Translations under genes and position numbers: made by a program
DNA from: the human T2T-CHM13v2.0 reference genome, Homo sapiens
Direction: 5' to 3' (one strand)
Length of the DNA: 64,000 nucleotides
Assembly: GCF_009914755.1 (NCBI RefSeq)
Contig: NC_060937.1
Notes under the pieces: generated by a model
What the model was told of the DNA's origin: nothing
Seen by the model: only the letters and a program-made list of their open reading frames with translations
The model's database searches: none
Shown: positions 12,239-26,174 of the stretch, in pieces
Layout: every line of letters begins with the position of its first letter
How positions within the stretch are numbered: position 1 is the first letter of the stretch

Positions 12239-12916
12239 AGATATTTACTTTTTCACCGTAGGCATCAAAGCGCTCCAAATGTCCACATCCAGATACTCCA
12301 GAAAGAGTGTTTCAAACCTGCTCTATGAAAGGGAATCTTCAACTCTATGAGTTGAATGCAGACATCAGAAAGAAATTTCTGAGAATGCTGCTGTCTACCT
12401 TTTATTTGAACTCCCGCTTCCAACGAAATCCTCCAAGCTATCCAAATATCCACTTGCATTTTCCACAAAAAGAGTGCTTCAAAACTGCTCTATCAATAAA
12501 TGTTCAACTCCTTTAGCTGGGTGCACACATCACAAACAAGTTTCTGAGAATGCTTCTGTCTAGTTTTTATGGGAAGACATTCCCTTTTTCACCAAAGGCA
12601 TCAAAGCGCTCCAAATGTCCACTTCCAGACACTACAAAAAGAGTGTTTCCAACGTGCTCTAAGAAAGCGAATGTTCAACTCTGTGACTTGAATGCAGATA
12701 TCACAAAGTAGTTTCTGAGAGGGCTTCTGTCTAGATTTTAGATGATGATATTCCCGTTTCCAACGAAATCATTAGAGCTATCCAAATATCCACTTACAGT
12801 TTCTACAAAAAGAGTGTTTCCAAACTGCTGCATCAAAAGAGAGGTTCCACTCTGTTAGCTGAGTACACACATCACAAACTTGTTTCTCAGAATCCTTCTG
12901 TCTCGTTTTTCTGGGA
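12239..12916 (-). repeat. 678-bp tetramer module, copy 2 (recombinant tail)
   Basis: Head has the deletion haplotype; tail reads ctcag/tgtctcg/ttctgg as in 680-bp tetramers. Confidence 0.85.
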
Positions 12917-15900
12917 AGATATTTACTTTTTCACCGTAGGCATCAAAGCGCTCCAAATGTCCACATCCAGATACTCCAGAAAGAGTGTTTCAAACCTGCT
13001 CTATGAAAGGGAATCTTCAACTCTATGAGTTGAATGCAGACATCAGAAAGAAATTTCTGAGAATGCTGCTGTCTACCTTTTATTTGAATTCCCGCTTCCA
13101 ACGAAATCCTCCAAGCTATCCAAATATCCACTTGCAGATTCCACAAAAAGAGTGTTTCAAAACTGCTCTCTATCAATGGCAAAGTTCAACTCTGTTAGTT
13201 GAGGACACATATCACCAACAAGTTTCTGAGAATGCTTCTGTCTATTTTTTATGGGAAGATATTTCCTTTTTCACCGTAGGCGTCAAGGCGATCGAAATGT
13301 CCACTTCCACAAACTACAAAAAGAGTGTTTCAAACCTGCTCTATGAAAGGCCATGTTCATCTCTATGAGTCGAATGGAAATATCCGAAAGAAATTTCTGG
13401 GAATGCTGCTGTCTAGTTTTTATACGAATTCCCGCTTCCAACGAAATCCTCAAAGCAATCCAAATATCCACTTGCAGAATCCACAAAAAGAGTGTTTCAA
13501 AACTGCTCTATCAATAGAAAGGTTCAACTCTTTTAGTTGAGTACACACATCACAAACAAGTTTCTGAGAATGCTTCTGTCTGGCTTTTATTGGAAGACGT
13601 TTCCTTTTCACCAAAGGCATCAAAGCGCTCCAAATGTCCACTTCCAGATTCTTCCAAAAGAGTGTTTGAAACGTGCTCAAAGTAAGGGAATGTTCAACTC
13701 TGTGACTTGAATGCAGATATCACCAAGTAGTTTCTAATAGTGCTTCTGTCTAGATTTTAGATGATGATATTCCCGTTTCCAACGAAATCGTTAGAGCTAT
13801 CCAAATATCCACTTACAGTTGCTACAAAAAGAGTGTTTCCAAACTGCTGCATCAAAAGAAAGGTTCAACTCTGTTAGTTGAGGACACACGTCACAAAGAA
13901 GTTTGTGAGAATGCTTCTGTCTAGATTTTGTATGACGATATTCCCTTTTCCAACGATATCATTAAAGCAATCTAAATATCCATTTGCAGAATCCACAAAA
14001 ATAGAGTTTCAAAGCTGCTCTGTAAAAAGAAAGGTTCCACTCTGTTAGCTGAGTACACACATCACAAACTTGTTTCTCAGAATCCTTCTGTCTCGTTTTT
14101 CTGGGAAGATATTTACTTTTTCACCGTAGGCATCAAAGCGCTCCAAATGTCCACATCCAGATACTCCAGAAAGAGTGTTTCAAACCTGCTCTATGAAAGG
14201 GAATCTTCAACTCTATGAGTTGAATGCAGACATCAGAAAGAAATTTCTGAGAATGCTGCTGTCTACCTTTTATTTGAATTCCCGCTTCCAACGAAATCCT
14301 CCAAGCTATCCAAATATCCACTTGCAGATTCCACAAAAAGAGTGTTTCAAAACTGCTCTCTATCAATGGCAAAGTTCAACTCTGTTAGTTGAGGACACAT
14401 ATCACCAACAAGTTTCTGAGAATGCTTCTGTCTATTTTTTATGGGAAGATATTTCCTTTTTCACCGTAGGCGTCAAGGCGATCGAAATGTCCACTTCCAC
14501 AAACTACAAAAAGAGTGTTTCAAACCTGCTCTATGAAAGGCCATGTTCATCTCTATGAGTCGAATGGAAATATCCGAAAGAAATTTCTGGGAATGCTGCT
14601 GTCTAGTTTTTATACGAATTCCCGCTTCCAACGAAATCCTCAAAGCAATCCAAATATCCACTTGCAGAATCCACAAAAAGAGTGTTTCAAAACTGCTCTA
14701 TCAATAGAAAGGTTCAACTCTTTTAGTTGAGTACACACATCACAAACAAGTTTCTGAGAATGCTTCTGTCTGGCTTTTATTGGAAGACGTTTCCTTTTCA
14801 CCAAAGGCATCAAAGCGCTCCAAATGTCCACTTCCAGATTCTTCCAAAAGAGTGTTTGAAACGTGCTCAAAGTAAGGGAATGTTCAACTCTGTGACTTGA
14901 ATGCAGATATCACCAAGTAGTTTCTAATAGTGCTTCTGTCTAGATTTTAGATGATGATATTCCCGTTTCCAACGAAATCGTTAGAGCTATCCAAATATCC
15001 ACTTACAGTTGCTACAAAAACAGTGTTTCCAAACTGCTGCATCAAAAGAAAGGTTCAACTCTGTTAGTTGAGGACACACGTCACAAAGAAGTTTGTGAGA
15101 ATGCTTCTGTCTAGATTTTGTATGACGATATTCCCTTTTCCAACGATATCGTTAAAGCAATCTAAATATCCATTTGCAGAATCCACAAAAATAGAGTTTC
15201 AAAGCTGCTCTGTAAAAAGAAAGGTTCCACTCTGTTAGCTGAGTACACACATCACAAACTTGTTTCTCAGAATCCTTCTGTCTCGTTTTTCTGGGAAGAT
15301 ATTTACTTTTTCACCGTAGGCATCAAAGCGCTCCAAATGTCCACATCCAGATACTCCAGAAAGAGTGTTTCAAACCTGCTCTATGAAAGGGAATCTTCAA
15401 CTATTTGAGTTGAATGCAGACATCAGAAAGAAATTTCTGAGAATGCTGCTGTCTACCTTTTATTTGAATTCCCGCTTCCAACGAAATCCTCCAAGCTATC
15501 CAAATATCCACTTGCAGATTCCACAAAAAGAGTGTTTCAAAACTGCTCTCTATCAATGGCAAAGTTCAACTCTGTTAGTTGAGGACACATATCACCAACA
15601 AGTTTCTGAGAATGCTTCTGTCTATTTTTTATGGGAAGATATTTCCTTTTTCACCGTAGGCGTCAAGGCGATCGAAATGTCCACTTCCACAAACTACAAA
15701 AAGAGTGTTTCAAACCTGCTCTATGAAAGGCCATGTTCATCTCTATGAGTCGAATGGAAATATCCGAAAGAAATTTCTGGGAATGCTGCTGTCTAGTTTT
15801 TATACGAATTCCCGCTTCCAACGAAATCCTCAAAGCAATCCAAATATCCACTTGCAGAATCCACAAAAAGAGTGTTTCAAAACTGCTCTATCAATAGAAA

Positions 15901-18900
15901 GGTTCAACTCTTTTAGTTGAGTACACACATCACAAACAAGTTTCTGAGAATGCTTCTGTCTGGCTTTTATTGGAAGACGTTTCCTTTTCACCAAAGGCAT
16001 CAAAGCGCTCCAAATGTCCACTTCCAGATTCTTCCAAAAGAGTGTTTGAAACGTGCTCAAAGTAAGGGAATGTTCAACTCTGTGACTTGAATGCAGATAT
16101 CACCAAGTAGTTTCTAATAGTGCTTCTGTCTAGATTTTAGATGATGATATTCCCGTTTCCAACGAAATCGTTAGAGCTATCCAAATATCCACTTACAGTT
16201 GCTACAAAAACAGTGTTTCCAAACTGCTGCATCAAAAGAAAGGTTCAACTCTGTTAGTTGAGGACACACGTCACAAAGAAGTTTGTGAGAATGCTTCTGT
16301 CTAGATTTTGTATGACGATATTCCCTTTTCCAACGATATCGTTAAAGCAATCTAAATATCCATTTGCAGAATCCACAAAAATAGAGTTTCAAAGCTGCTC
16401 TGTAAAAAGAAAGGTTCCACTCTGTTAGCTGAGTACACACATCACAAACTTGTTTCTCAGAATCCTTCTGTCTCGTTTTTCTGGGAAGATATTTACTTTT
16501 TCACCGTAGGCATCAAAGCGCTCCAAATGTCCACATCCAGATACTCCAGAAAGAGTGTTTCAAACCTGCTCTATGAAAGGGAATCTTCAACTCTATGAGT
16601 TGAATGCAGACATCAGAAAGAAATTTCTGAGAATGCTGCTGTCTACCTTTTATTTGAATTCCCGCTTCCAACGAAATCCTCCAAGCTATCCAAATATCCA
16701 CTTGCAGATTCCACAAAAAGAGTGTTTCAAAACTGCTCTCTATCAATGGCAAAGTTCAACTCTGTTAGTTGAGGACACATATCACCAACAAGTTTCTGAG
16801 AATGCTTCTGTCTATTTTTTATGGGAAGATATTTCCTTTTTCACCGTAGGCGTCAAGGCGATCGAAATGTCCACTTCCACAAACTACAAAAAGAGTGTTT
16901 CAAACCTGCTCTATGAAAGGCCATGTTCATCTCTATGAGTCGAATGGAAATATCCGAAAGAAATTTCTGGGAATGCTGCTGTCTAGTTTTTATACGAATT
17001 CCCGCTTCCAACGAAATCCTCAAAGCAATCCAAATATCCACTTGCAGAATCCACAAAAAGAGTGTTTCAAAACTGCTCTATCAATAGAAAGGTTCAACTC
17101 TTTTAGTTGAGTACACACATCACAAACAAGTTTCTGAGAATGCTTCTGTCTGGCTTTTATTGGAAGACGTTTCCTTTTCACCAAAGGCATCAAAGCGCTC
17201 CAAATGTCCACTTCCAGATTCTTCCAAAAGAGTGTTTGAAACGTGCTCAAAGTAAGGGAATGTTCAACTCTGTGACTTGAATGCAGATATCACCAAGTAG
17301 TTTCTAATAGTGCTTCTGTCTAGATTTTAGATGATGATATTCCCGTTTCCAACGAAATCGTTAGAGCTATCCAAATATCCACTTACAGTTGCTACAAAAA
17401 CAGTGTTTCCAAACTGCTGCATCAAAAGAAAGGTTCAACTCTGTTAGTTGAGGACACACGTCACAAAGAAGTTTGTGAGAATGCTTCTGTCTAGATTTTG
17501 TATGACGATATTCCCTTTTCCAACGATATCATTAAAGCAATCTAAATATCCATTTGCAGAATCCACAAAAATAGAGTTTCAAAGCTGCTCTGTAAAAAGA
17601 AAGGTTCCACTCTGTTAGCTGAGTACACACATCACAAACTTGTTTCTCAGAATCCTTCTGTGTCGTTTTTCTGGGAAGATATTTACTTTTTCACCGTAGG
17701 CATCAAAGCGCTCCAAATGTCCACATCCAGATACTCCAGAAAGAGTGTTTCAAACCTGCTCTATGAAAGGGAATCTTCAACTCTATGAGTTGAATGCAGA
17801 CATCAGAAAGAAATTTCTGAGAATGCTGCTGTCTACCTTTTATTTGAATTCCCGCTTCCAACGAAATCCTCCAAGCTATCCAAATATCCACTTGCAGATT
17901 CCACAAAAAGAGTGTTTCAAAACTGCTCTCTATCAATGGCAAAGTTCAACTCTGTTAGTTGAGGACACATATCACCAACAAGTTTCTGAGAATGCTTCTG
18001 TCTATTTTTTATGGGAAGATATTTCCTTTTTCACCGTAGGCGTCAAGGCGATCGAAATGTCCACTTCCACAAACTACAAAAAGAGTGTTTCAAACCTGCT
18101 CTATGAAAGGCCATGTTCATCTCTATGAGTCGAATGGAAATATCCGAAAGAAATTTCTGGGAATGCTGCTGTCTAGTTTTTATACGAATTCCCGCTTCCA
18201 ACGAAATCCTCAAAGCAATCCAAATATCCACTTGCAGAATCCACAAAAAGAGTGTTTCAAAACTGCTCTATCAATAGAAAGGTTCAACTCTTTTAGTTGA
18301 GTACACACATCACAAACAAGTTTCTGAGAATGCTTCTGTCTGGCTTTTATTGGAAGACGTTTCCTTTTCACCAAAGGCATCAAAGCGCTCCAAATGTCCA
18401 CTTCCAGATTCTTCCAAAAGAGTGTTTGAAACGTGCTCAAAGTAAGGGAATGTTCAACTCTGTGACTTGAATGCAGATATCACCAAGTAGTTTCTAATAG
18501 TGCTTCTGTCTAGATTTTAGATGATGATATTCCCGTTTCCAACGAAATCGTTAGAGCTATCCAAATATCCACTTACAGTTGCTACAAAAACAGTGTTTCC
18601 AAACTGCTGCATCAAAAGAAAGGTTCAACTCTGTTAGTTGAGGACACACGTCACAAAGAAGTTTGTGAGAATGCTTCTGTCTAGATTTTGTATGACGATA
18701 TTCCCTTTTCCAACGATATCGTTAAAGCAATCTAAATATCCATTTGCAGAATCCACAAAAATAGAGTTTCAAAGCTGCTCTGTAAAAAGAAAGGTTCCAC
18801 TCTGTTAGCTGAGTACACACATCACAAACTTGTTTCTCAGAATCCTTCTGTCTCGTTTTTATGGGAAGATATTTACTTTTTCACCGTAGGCATCAAAGCG

Positions 18901-20056
18901 CTCCAAATGTCCACATCCAGATACTCCAGAAAGAGTGTTTCAAACCTGCTCTATGAAAGGGAATCTTCAACTCTATGAGTTGAATGCAGACATCAGAAAG
19001 AAATTTCTGAGAATGCTGCTGTCTACCTTTTATTTGAATTCCCGCTTCCAACGAAATCCTCCAAGCTATCCAAATATCCACTTGCAGATTCCACAAAAAG
19101 AGTGTTTCAAAACTGCTCTCTATCAATGGCAAAGTTCAACTCTGTTAGTTGAGGACACATATCACCAACAAGTTTCTGAGAATGCTTCTGTCTATTTTTT
19201 ATGGGAAGATATTTCCTTTTTCACCGTAGGCGTCAAGGCGATCGAAATGTCCACTTCCACAAACTACAAAAAGAGTGTTTCAAACCTGCTCTATGAAAGG
19301 CCATGTTCATCTCTATGAGTCGAATGGAAATATCCGAAAGAAATTTCTGGGAATGCTGCTGTCTAGTTTTTATACGAATTCCCGCTTCCAACGAAATCCT
19401 CAAAGCAATCCAAATATCCACTTGCAGAATCCACAAAAAGAGTGTTTCAAAACTGCTCTATCAATAGAAAGGTTCAACTCTTTTAGTTGAGTACACACAT
19501 CACAAACAAGTTTCTGAGAATGCTTCTGTCTGGCTTTTATTGGAAGACGTTTCCTTTTCACCAAAGGCATCAAAGCGCTCCAAATGTCCACTTCCAGATT
19601 CTTCCAAAAGAGTGTTTGAAACGTGCCCAAAGTAAGGGAATGTTCAACTCTGTGACTTGAATGCAGATATCACCAAGTAGTTTCTAATAGTGCTTCTGTC
19701 TAGATTTTAGATGATGATATTCCCGTTTCCAACGAAATCGTTAGAGCTATCCAAATATCCACTTACAGTTTCTACAAAAAGAGTGTTTCCAAACTGCTGC
19801 ATCAAAGGAAAGGTTCAACTCTGTTAGTTGAGGACACACATCACAAAGAAGTTTGTGAGAATGCTTCTGTCTAGATTTTGTATGACCATATTCCCTTTCC
19901 CAGCGATATCATTAAAGCAATCTAAATATCCATTTGCAGAATCCACAAAAATAGAGTTTCAAAGCTGCTCTGTAAAAAGAAAGGTTCCACTCTGTTAGCT
20001 GAGTACACACATCACAAACTTGTTTCTGAGAATCCTTCTGTCTCGTTTTTATGGGA
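12917..20056 (-). repeat. Longest run of tandem heptamer modules (6 x 1190 bp)
   Basis: Anchors at 12985, 14175, 15365, 16555, 17745 and 18935. Confidence 0.92.
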
Positions 20057-20734
20057 AGATATTTACTTTTTCACCGTAGGCATCAAAGCGCTCCAAATGT
20101 CCACATCCAGATACTCCAGAAAGAGTGTTTCAAACCTGCTCTATGAAAGGGAATCTTCAACTCTATGAGTTGAATGCAGACATCAGAAAGAAATTTCTGA
20201 GAATGCTGCTGTCTACCTTTTATTTGAACTCCCGCTTCCAACGAAATCCTCCAAGCTATCCAAATATCCACTTGCATTTTCCACAAAAAGAGTGCTTCAA
20301 AACTGCTCTATCAATAAATGTTCAACTCCTTTAGCTGGGTGCACACATCACAAACAAGTTTCTGAGAATGCTTCTGTCTAGTTTTTATGGGAAGACATTC
20401 CCTTTTTCACCAAAGGCATCAAAGCGCTCCAAATGTCCACTTCCAGACACTACAAAAAGAGTGTTTCCAACGTGCTCTAAGAAAGCGAATGTTCAACTCT
20501 GTGACTTGAATGCAGATATCACAAAGTAGTTTCTGAGAGGGCTTCTGTCTAGATTTTAGATGATGATATTCCCGTTTCCAACGAAATCATTAGAGCTATC
20601 CAAATATCCACTTACAGTTTCTACAAAAAGAGTGTTTCCAAACTGCTGCATCAAAAGAGAGGTTCCACTCTGTTAGCTGAGTACACACATCACAAACTTG
20701 TTTCTGAGAATCCTTCTGTGTCGTTTTTATGGGA
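20057..20734 (-). repeat. 678-bp tetramer module, copy 3
   Basis: Anchor spacing 20125 to 20803; deletion haplotype markers present. Confidence 0.9.
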
Positions 20735-23700
20735 AGATATTTACTTTTTCACCGTAGGCATCAAAGCGCTCCAAATGTCCACATCCAGATACTCCAGAAA
20801 GAGTGTTTCAAACCTGCTCTATGAAAGGGAATCTTCAACTCTATGAGTTGAATGCAGACATCAGAAAGAAATTTCTGAGAATGCTGCTGTCTACCTTTTA
20901 TTTGAATTCCCGCTTCCAACGAAATCCTCCAAGCTATCCAAATATCCACTTGCAGATTCCACAAAAAGAGTGTTTCAAAACTGCTCTCTATCAATGGCAA
21001 AGTTCAACTCTGTTAGTTGAGGACACATATCACCAACAAGTTTCTGAGAATGCTTCTGTCTATTTTTTATGGGAAGATATTTCCTTTTTCACCGTAGGCG
21101 TCAAGGCGATCGAAATGTCCACTTCCACAAACTACAAAAAGAGTGTTTCAAACCTGCTCTATGAAAGGCCATGTTCATCTCTATGAGTCGAATGGAAATA
21201 TCCGAAAGAAATTTCTGGGAATGCTGCTGTCTAGTTTTTATACGAATTCCCGCTTCCAACGAAATCCTCAAAGCAATCCAAATATCCACTTGCAGAATCC
21301 ACAAAAAGAGTGTTTCAAAACTGCTCTATCAATAGAAAGGTTCAACTCTTTTAGTTGAGTACACACATCACAAACAAGTTTCTGAGAATGCTTCTGTCTG
21401 GCTTTTATTGGAAGACGTTTCCTTTTCACCAAAGGCATCAAAGCGCTCCAAATGTCCACTTCCAGATTCTTCCAAAAGAGTGTTTGAAACGTGCTCAAAG
21501 TAAGGGAATGTTCAACTCTGTGACTTGAATGCAGATATCACCAAGTAGTTTCTAATAGTGCTTCTGTCTAGATTTTAGATGATGATATTCCCGTTTCCAA
21601 CGAAATCGTTAGAGCTATCCAAATATCCACTTACAGTTGCTACAAAAACAGTGTTTCCAAACTGCTGCATCAAAAGAAAGGTTCAACTCTGTTAGTTGAG
21701 GACACACGTCACAAAGAAGTTTGTGAGAATGCTTCTGTCTAGATTTTGTATGACGATATTCCCTTTTCCAACGATATCGTTAAAGCAATCTAAATATCCA
21801 TTTGCAGAATCCACAAAAATAGAGTTTCAAAGCTGCTCTGTAAAAAGAAAGGTTCCACTCTGTTAGCTGAGTACACACATCACAAACTTGTTTCTCAGAA
21901 TCCTTCTGTCTCGTTTTTCTGGGAAGATATTTACTTTTTCACCGTAGGCATCAAAGCGCTCCAAATGTCCACATCCAGATACTCCAGAAAGAGTGTTTCA
22001 AACCTGCTCTATGAAAGGGAATCTTCAACTCTATGAGTTGAATGCAGACATCAGAAAGAAATTTCTGAGAATGCTGCTGTCTACCTTTTATTTGAATTCC
22101 CGCTTCCAACGAAATCCTCCAAGCTATCCAAATATCCACTTGCAGATTCCACAAAAAGAGTGTTTCAAAACTGCTCTCTATCAATGGCAAAGTTCAACTC
22201 TGTTAGTTGAGGACACATATCACCAACAAGTTTCTGAGAATGCTTCTGTCTATTTTTTATGGGAAGATATTTCCTTTTTCACCGTAGGCGTCAAGGCGAT
22301 CGAAATGTCCACTTCCACAAACTACAAAAAGAGTGTTTCAAACCTGCTCTATGAAAGGCCATGTTCATCTCTATGAGTCGAATGGAAATATCCGAAAGAA
22401 ATTTCTGGGAATGCTGCTGTCTAGTTTTTATACGAATTCCCGCTTCCAACGAAATCCTCAAAGCAATCCAAATATCCACTTGCAGAATCCACAAAAAGAG
22501 TGTTTCAAAACTGCTCTATCAATAGAAAGGTTCAACCCTTTTAGTTGAGTACACACATCACAAACAAGTTTCTGAGAATGCTTCTGTCTGGCTTTTATTG
22601 GAAGACGTTTCCTTTTCACCAAAGGCATCAAAGCGCTCCAAATGTCCACTTCCAGATTCTTCCAAAAGAGTGTTTGAAACGTGCTCAAAGTAAGGGAATG
22701 TTCAACTCTGTGACTTGAATGCAGATATCACCAAGTAGTTTCTAATAGTGCTTCTGTCTAGATTTTAGATGATGATATTCCCGTTTCCAACGAAATCGTT
22801 AGAGCTATCCAAATATCCACTTACAGTTTCTACAAAAAGAGTGTTTCCAAACTGCTGCATCAAAAGAAAGGTTCAACTCTGTTAGTTGAGGACACACGTC
22901 ACAAAGAAGTTTGTGAGAATGCTTCTGTCTAGATTTTGTATGACGATATTCCCTTTTCCAGCGATATCATTAAAGCAATCTAAATATCCATTTGCAGAAT
23001 CCACAAAAATAGAGTTTCAAAGCTGCTCTGTAAAAAGAAAGGTTCCACTCTGTTAGCTGAGTACACACATCACAAACTTGTTTCTCAGAATCCTTCTGTC
23101 TCGTTTTTATGGGAAGATATTTACTTTTTCACCGTAGGCATCAAAGCGCTCCAAATGTACACATCCAGATACTCCAGAAAGAGTGTTTCAAACCTGCTCT
23201 ATGAAAGGGAATCTTCAACTCTATGAGTTGAATGCAGACATCAGAAAGAAATTTCTGAGAATGCTGCTGTCTACCTTTTATTTGAATTCCCGCTTCCAAC
23301 GAAATCCTCCAAGCTATCCAAATATCCACCTGCATTTTCCACAAAAAGAGCGTTTCAAAACTGCTCTATCAATAGAAATGTTCAACTCCTTTGGCTGGGT
23401 ACACACATCACAAACAAGTTTCTGAGAATGCTTCTGTCTAGTTTTTATGGGAAGACATTCCCTTTTTCACCAAAGGCATCAAAGCGCTCCAAATGTCCAC
23501 TTCCAGACACTACAAAAAGAGTGTTTCCAACGTGCTCTAAGAAAGCGAATGTTCAACTCTGTGACTTGAATGCAGATATCACAAAGTAGTTTCTGAGAGG
23601 ACTTCTGTCTAGATTTTAGATGATGATATTCCCGTTTCCAACGAAATCATTAGAGCTATCCAAATATCCACTTACAGTTTCTACAAAAAGAGTGTTTCCA

Positions 23701-26174
23701 AACTGCTGCATCAAAAGAGAGGTTCCACTCTGTTAGCTGAGTACACACATCACAAACTTGTTTCTCAGAATCCTTCTGTCTCGTTTTTCTGGGAAGATAT
23801 TTACTTTTTCACCGTAGGCATCAAAGCGCTCCAAATGTCCACATCCAGATACTCCAGAAAGAGTGTTTCAAACCTGCTCTATGAAAGGGAATCTTCAACT
23901 CTATGAGTTGAATGCAGACATCAGAAAGAAATTTCTGAGAATGCTGCTGTCTACCTTTTATTTGAATTCCCGCTTCCAACGAAATCCTCCAAGCTATCCA
24001 AATATCCACTTGCAGATTCCACAAAAAGAGTGTTTCAAAACTGCTCTCTATCAATGGCAAAGTTCAACTCTGTTAGTTGAGGACACATATCACCAACAAG
24101 TTTCTGAGAATGCTTCTGTCTATTTTTTATGGGAAGATATTTCCTTTTTCACCGTAGGCGTCAAGGCGATCGAAATGTCCACTTCCACAAACTACAAAAA
24201 GAGTGTTTCAAACCTGCTCTATGAAAGGCCATGTTCATCTCTATGAGTCGAATGGAAATATCCGAAAGAAATTTCTGGGAATGCTGCTGTCTAGTTTTTA
24301 TACGAATTCCCGCTTCCAACGAAATCCTCAAAGCAATCCAAATATCCACTTGCAGAATCCACAAAAAGAGTGTTTCAAAACTGCTCTATCAATAGAAAGG
24401 TTCAACTCTTTTAGTTGAGTACACACATCACAAACAAGTTTCTGAGAATGCTTCTGTCTGGCTTTTATTGGAAGACGTTTCCTTTTCACCAAAGGCATCA
24501 AAGCGCTCCAAATGTCCACTTCCAGATTCTTCCAAAAGAGTGTTTGAAACGTGCTCAAAGTAAGGGAATGTTCAACTCTGTGACTTGAATGCAGATATCA
24601 CCAAGTAGTTTCTAATAGTGCTTCTGTCTAGATTTTAGATGATGATATTCCCGTTTCCAACGAAATCGTTAGAGCTATCCAAATATCCACTTACAGTTGC
24701 TACAAAAACAGTGTTTCCAAACTGCTGCATCAAAAGAAAGGTTCAACTCTGTTAGTTGAGGACACACATCACAAAGAAGTTTGTGAGAATGCTTCTGTCT
24801 AGATTTTGTATGACGATATTCCCTTTTCCAACGATATCGTTAAAGCAATCTAAATATCCATTTGCAGAATCCACAAAAATAGAGTTTCAAAGCTGCTCTG
24901 TAAAAAGAAAGGTTCCACTCTGTTAGCTGAGTACACACATCACAAACTTGTTTCTCAGAATCCTTCTGTCTCGTTTTTCTGGGAAGATATTTACTTTTTC
25001 ACCGTAGGCATCAAAGCGCTCCAAATGTCCACATCCAGATACTCCAGAAAGAGTGTTTCAAACCTGCTCTATGAAAGGGAATCTTCAACTCTATGAGTTG
25101 AATGCAGACATCAGAAAGAAATTTCTGAGAATGCTGCTGTCTACCTTTTATTTGAATTCCCGCTTCCAACGAAATCCTCCAAGCTATCCAAATATCCACT
25201 TGCAGATTCCACAAAAAGAGTGTTTCAAAACTGCTCTCTATCAATGGCAAAGTTCAACTCTGTTAGTTGAGGACACATATCACCAACAAGTTTCTGAGAA
25301 TGCTTCTGTCTATTTTTTATGGGAAGATATTTCCTTTTTCACCGTAGGCGTCAAGGCGATCGAAATGTCCACTTCCACAAACTACAAAAAGAGTGTTTCA
25401 AACCTGCTCTATGAAAGGCCATGTTCATCTCTATGAGTCGAATGGAAATATCCGAAAGAAATTTCTGGGAATGCTGCTGTCTAGTTTTTATACGAATTCC
25501 CGCTTCCAACGAAATCCTCAAAGCAATCCAAATATCCACTTGCAGAATCCACAAAAAGAGTGTTTCAAAACTGCTCTATCAATAGAAAGGTTCAACTCTT
25601 TTAGTTGAGTACACACATCACAAACAAGTTTCTGAGAATGCTTCTGTCTGGCTTTTATTGGAAGACGTTTCCTTTTCACCAAAGGCATCAAAGCGCTCCA
25701 AATGTCCACTTCCAGATTCTTCCAAAAGAGTGTTTGAAACGTGCTCAAAGTAAGGGAATGTTCAACTCTGTGACTTGAATGCAGATATCACCAAGTAGTT
25801 TCTAATAGTGCTTCTGTCTAGATTTTAGATGATGATATTCCCGTTTCCAACGAAATCGTTAGAGCTATCCAAATATCCACTTACAGTTTCTACAAAAAGA
25901 GTGTTTCCAAACTGCTGCATCAAAAGAAAGGTTCAACTCTGTTAGTTGAGGACACACATCACAAAGAAGTTTGTGAGAATGCTTCTGTCTAGATTTTGTA
26001 TGACCATATTCCCTTTTCCAGCGATATCATTAAAGCAATCTAAATATCCATTTGCAGAATCCACAAAAATAGAGTTTCAAAGCTGCTCTGTAAAAAGAAA
26101 GGTTCCACTCTGTTAGCTGAGTACACACATCACAAACTTGTTTCTCAGAATCCTTCTGTCTCGTTTTTATGGGA

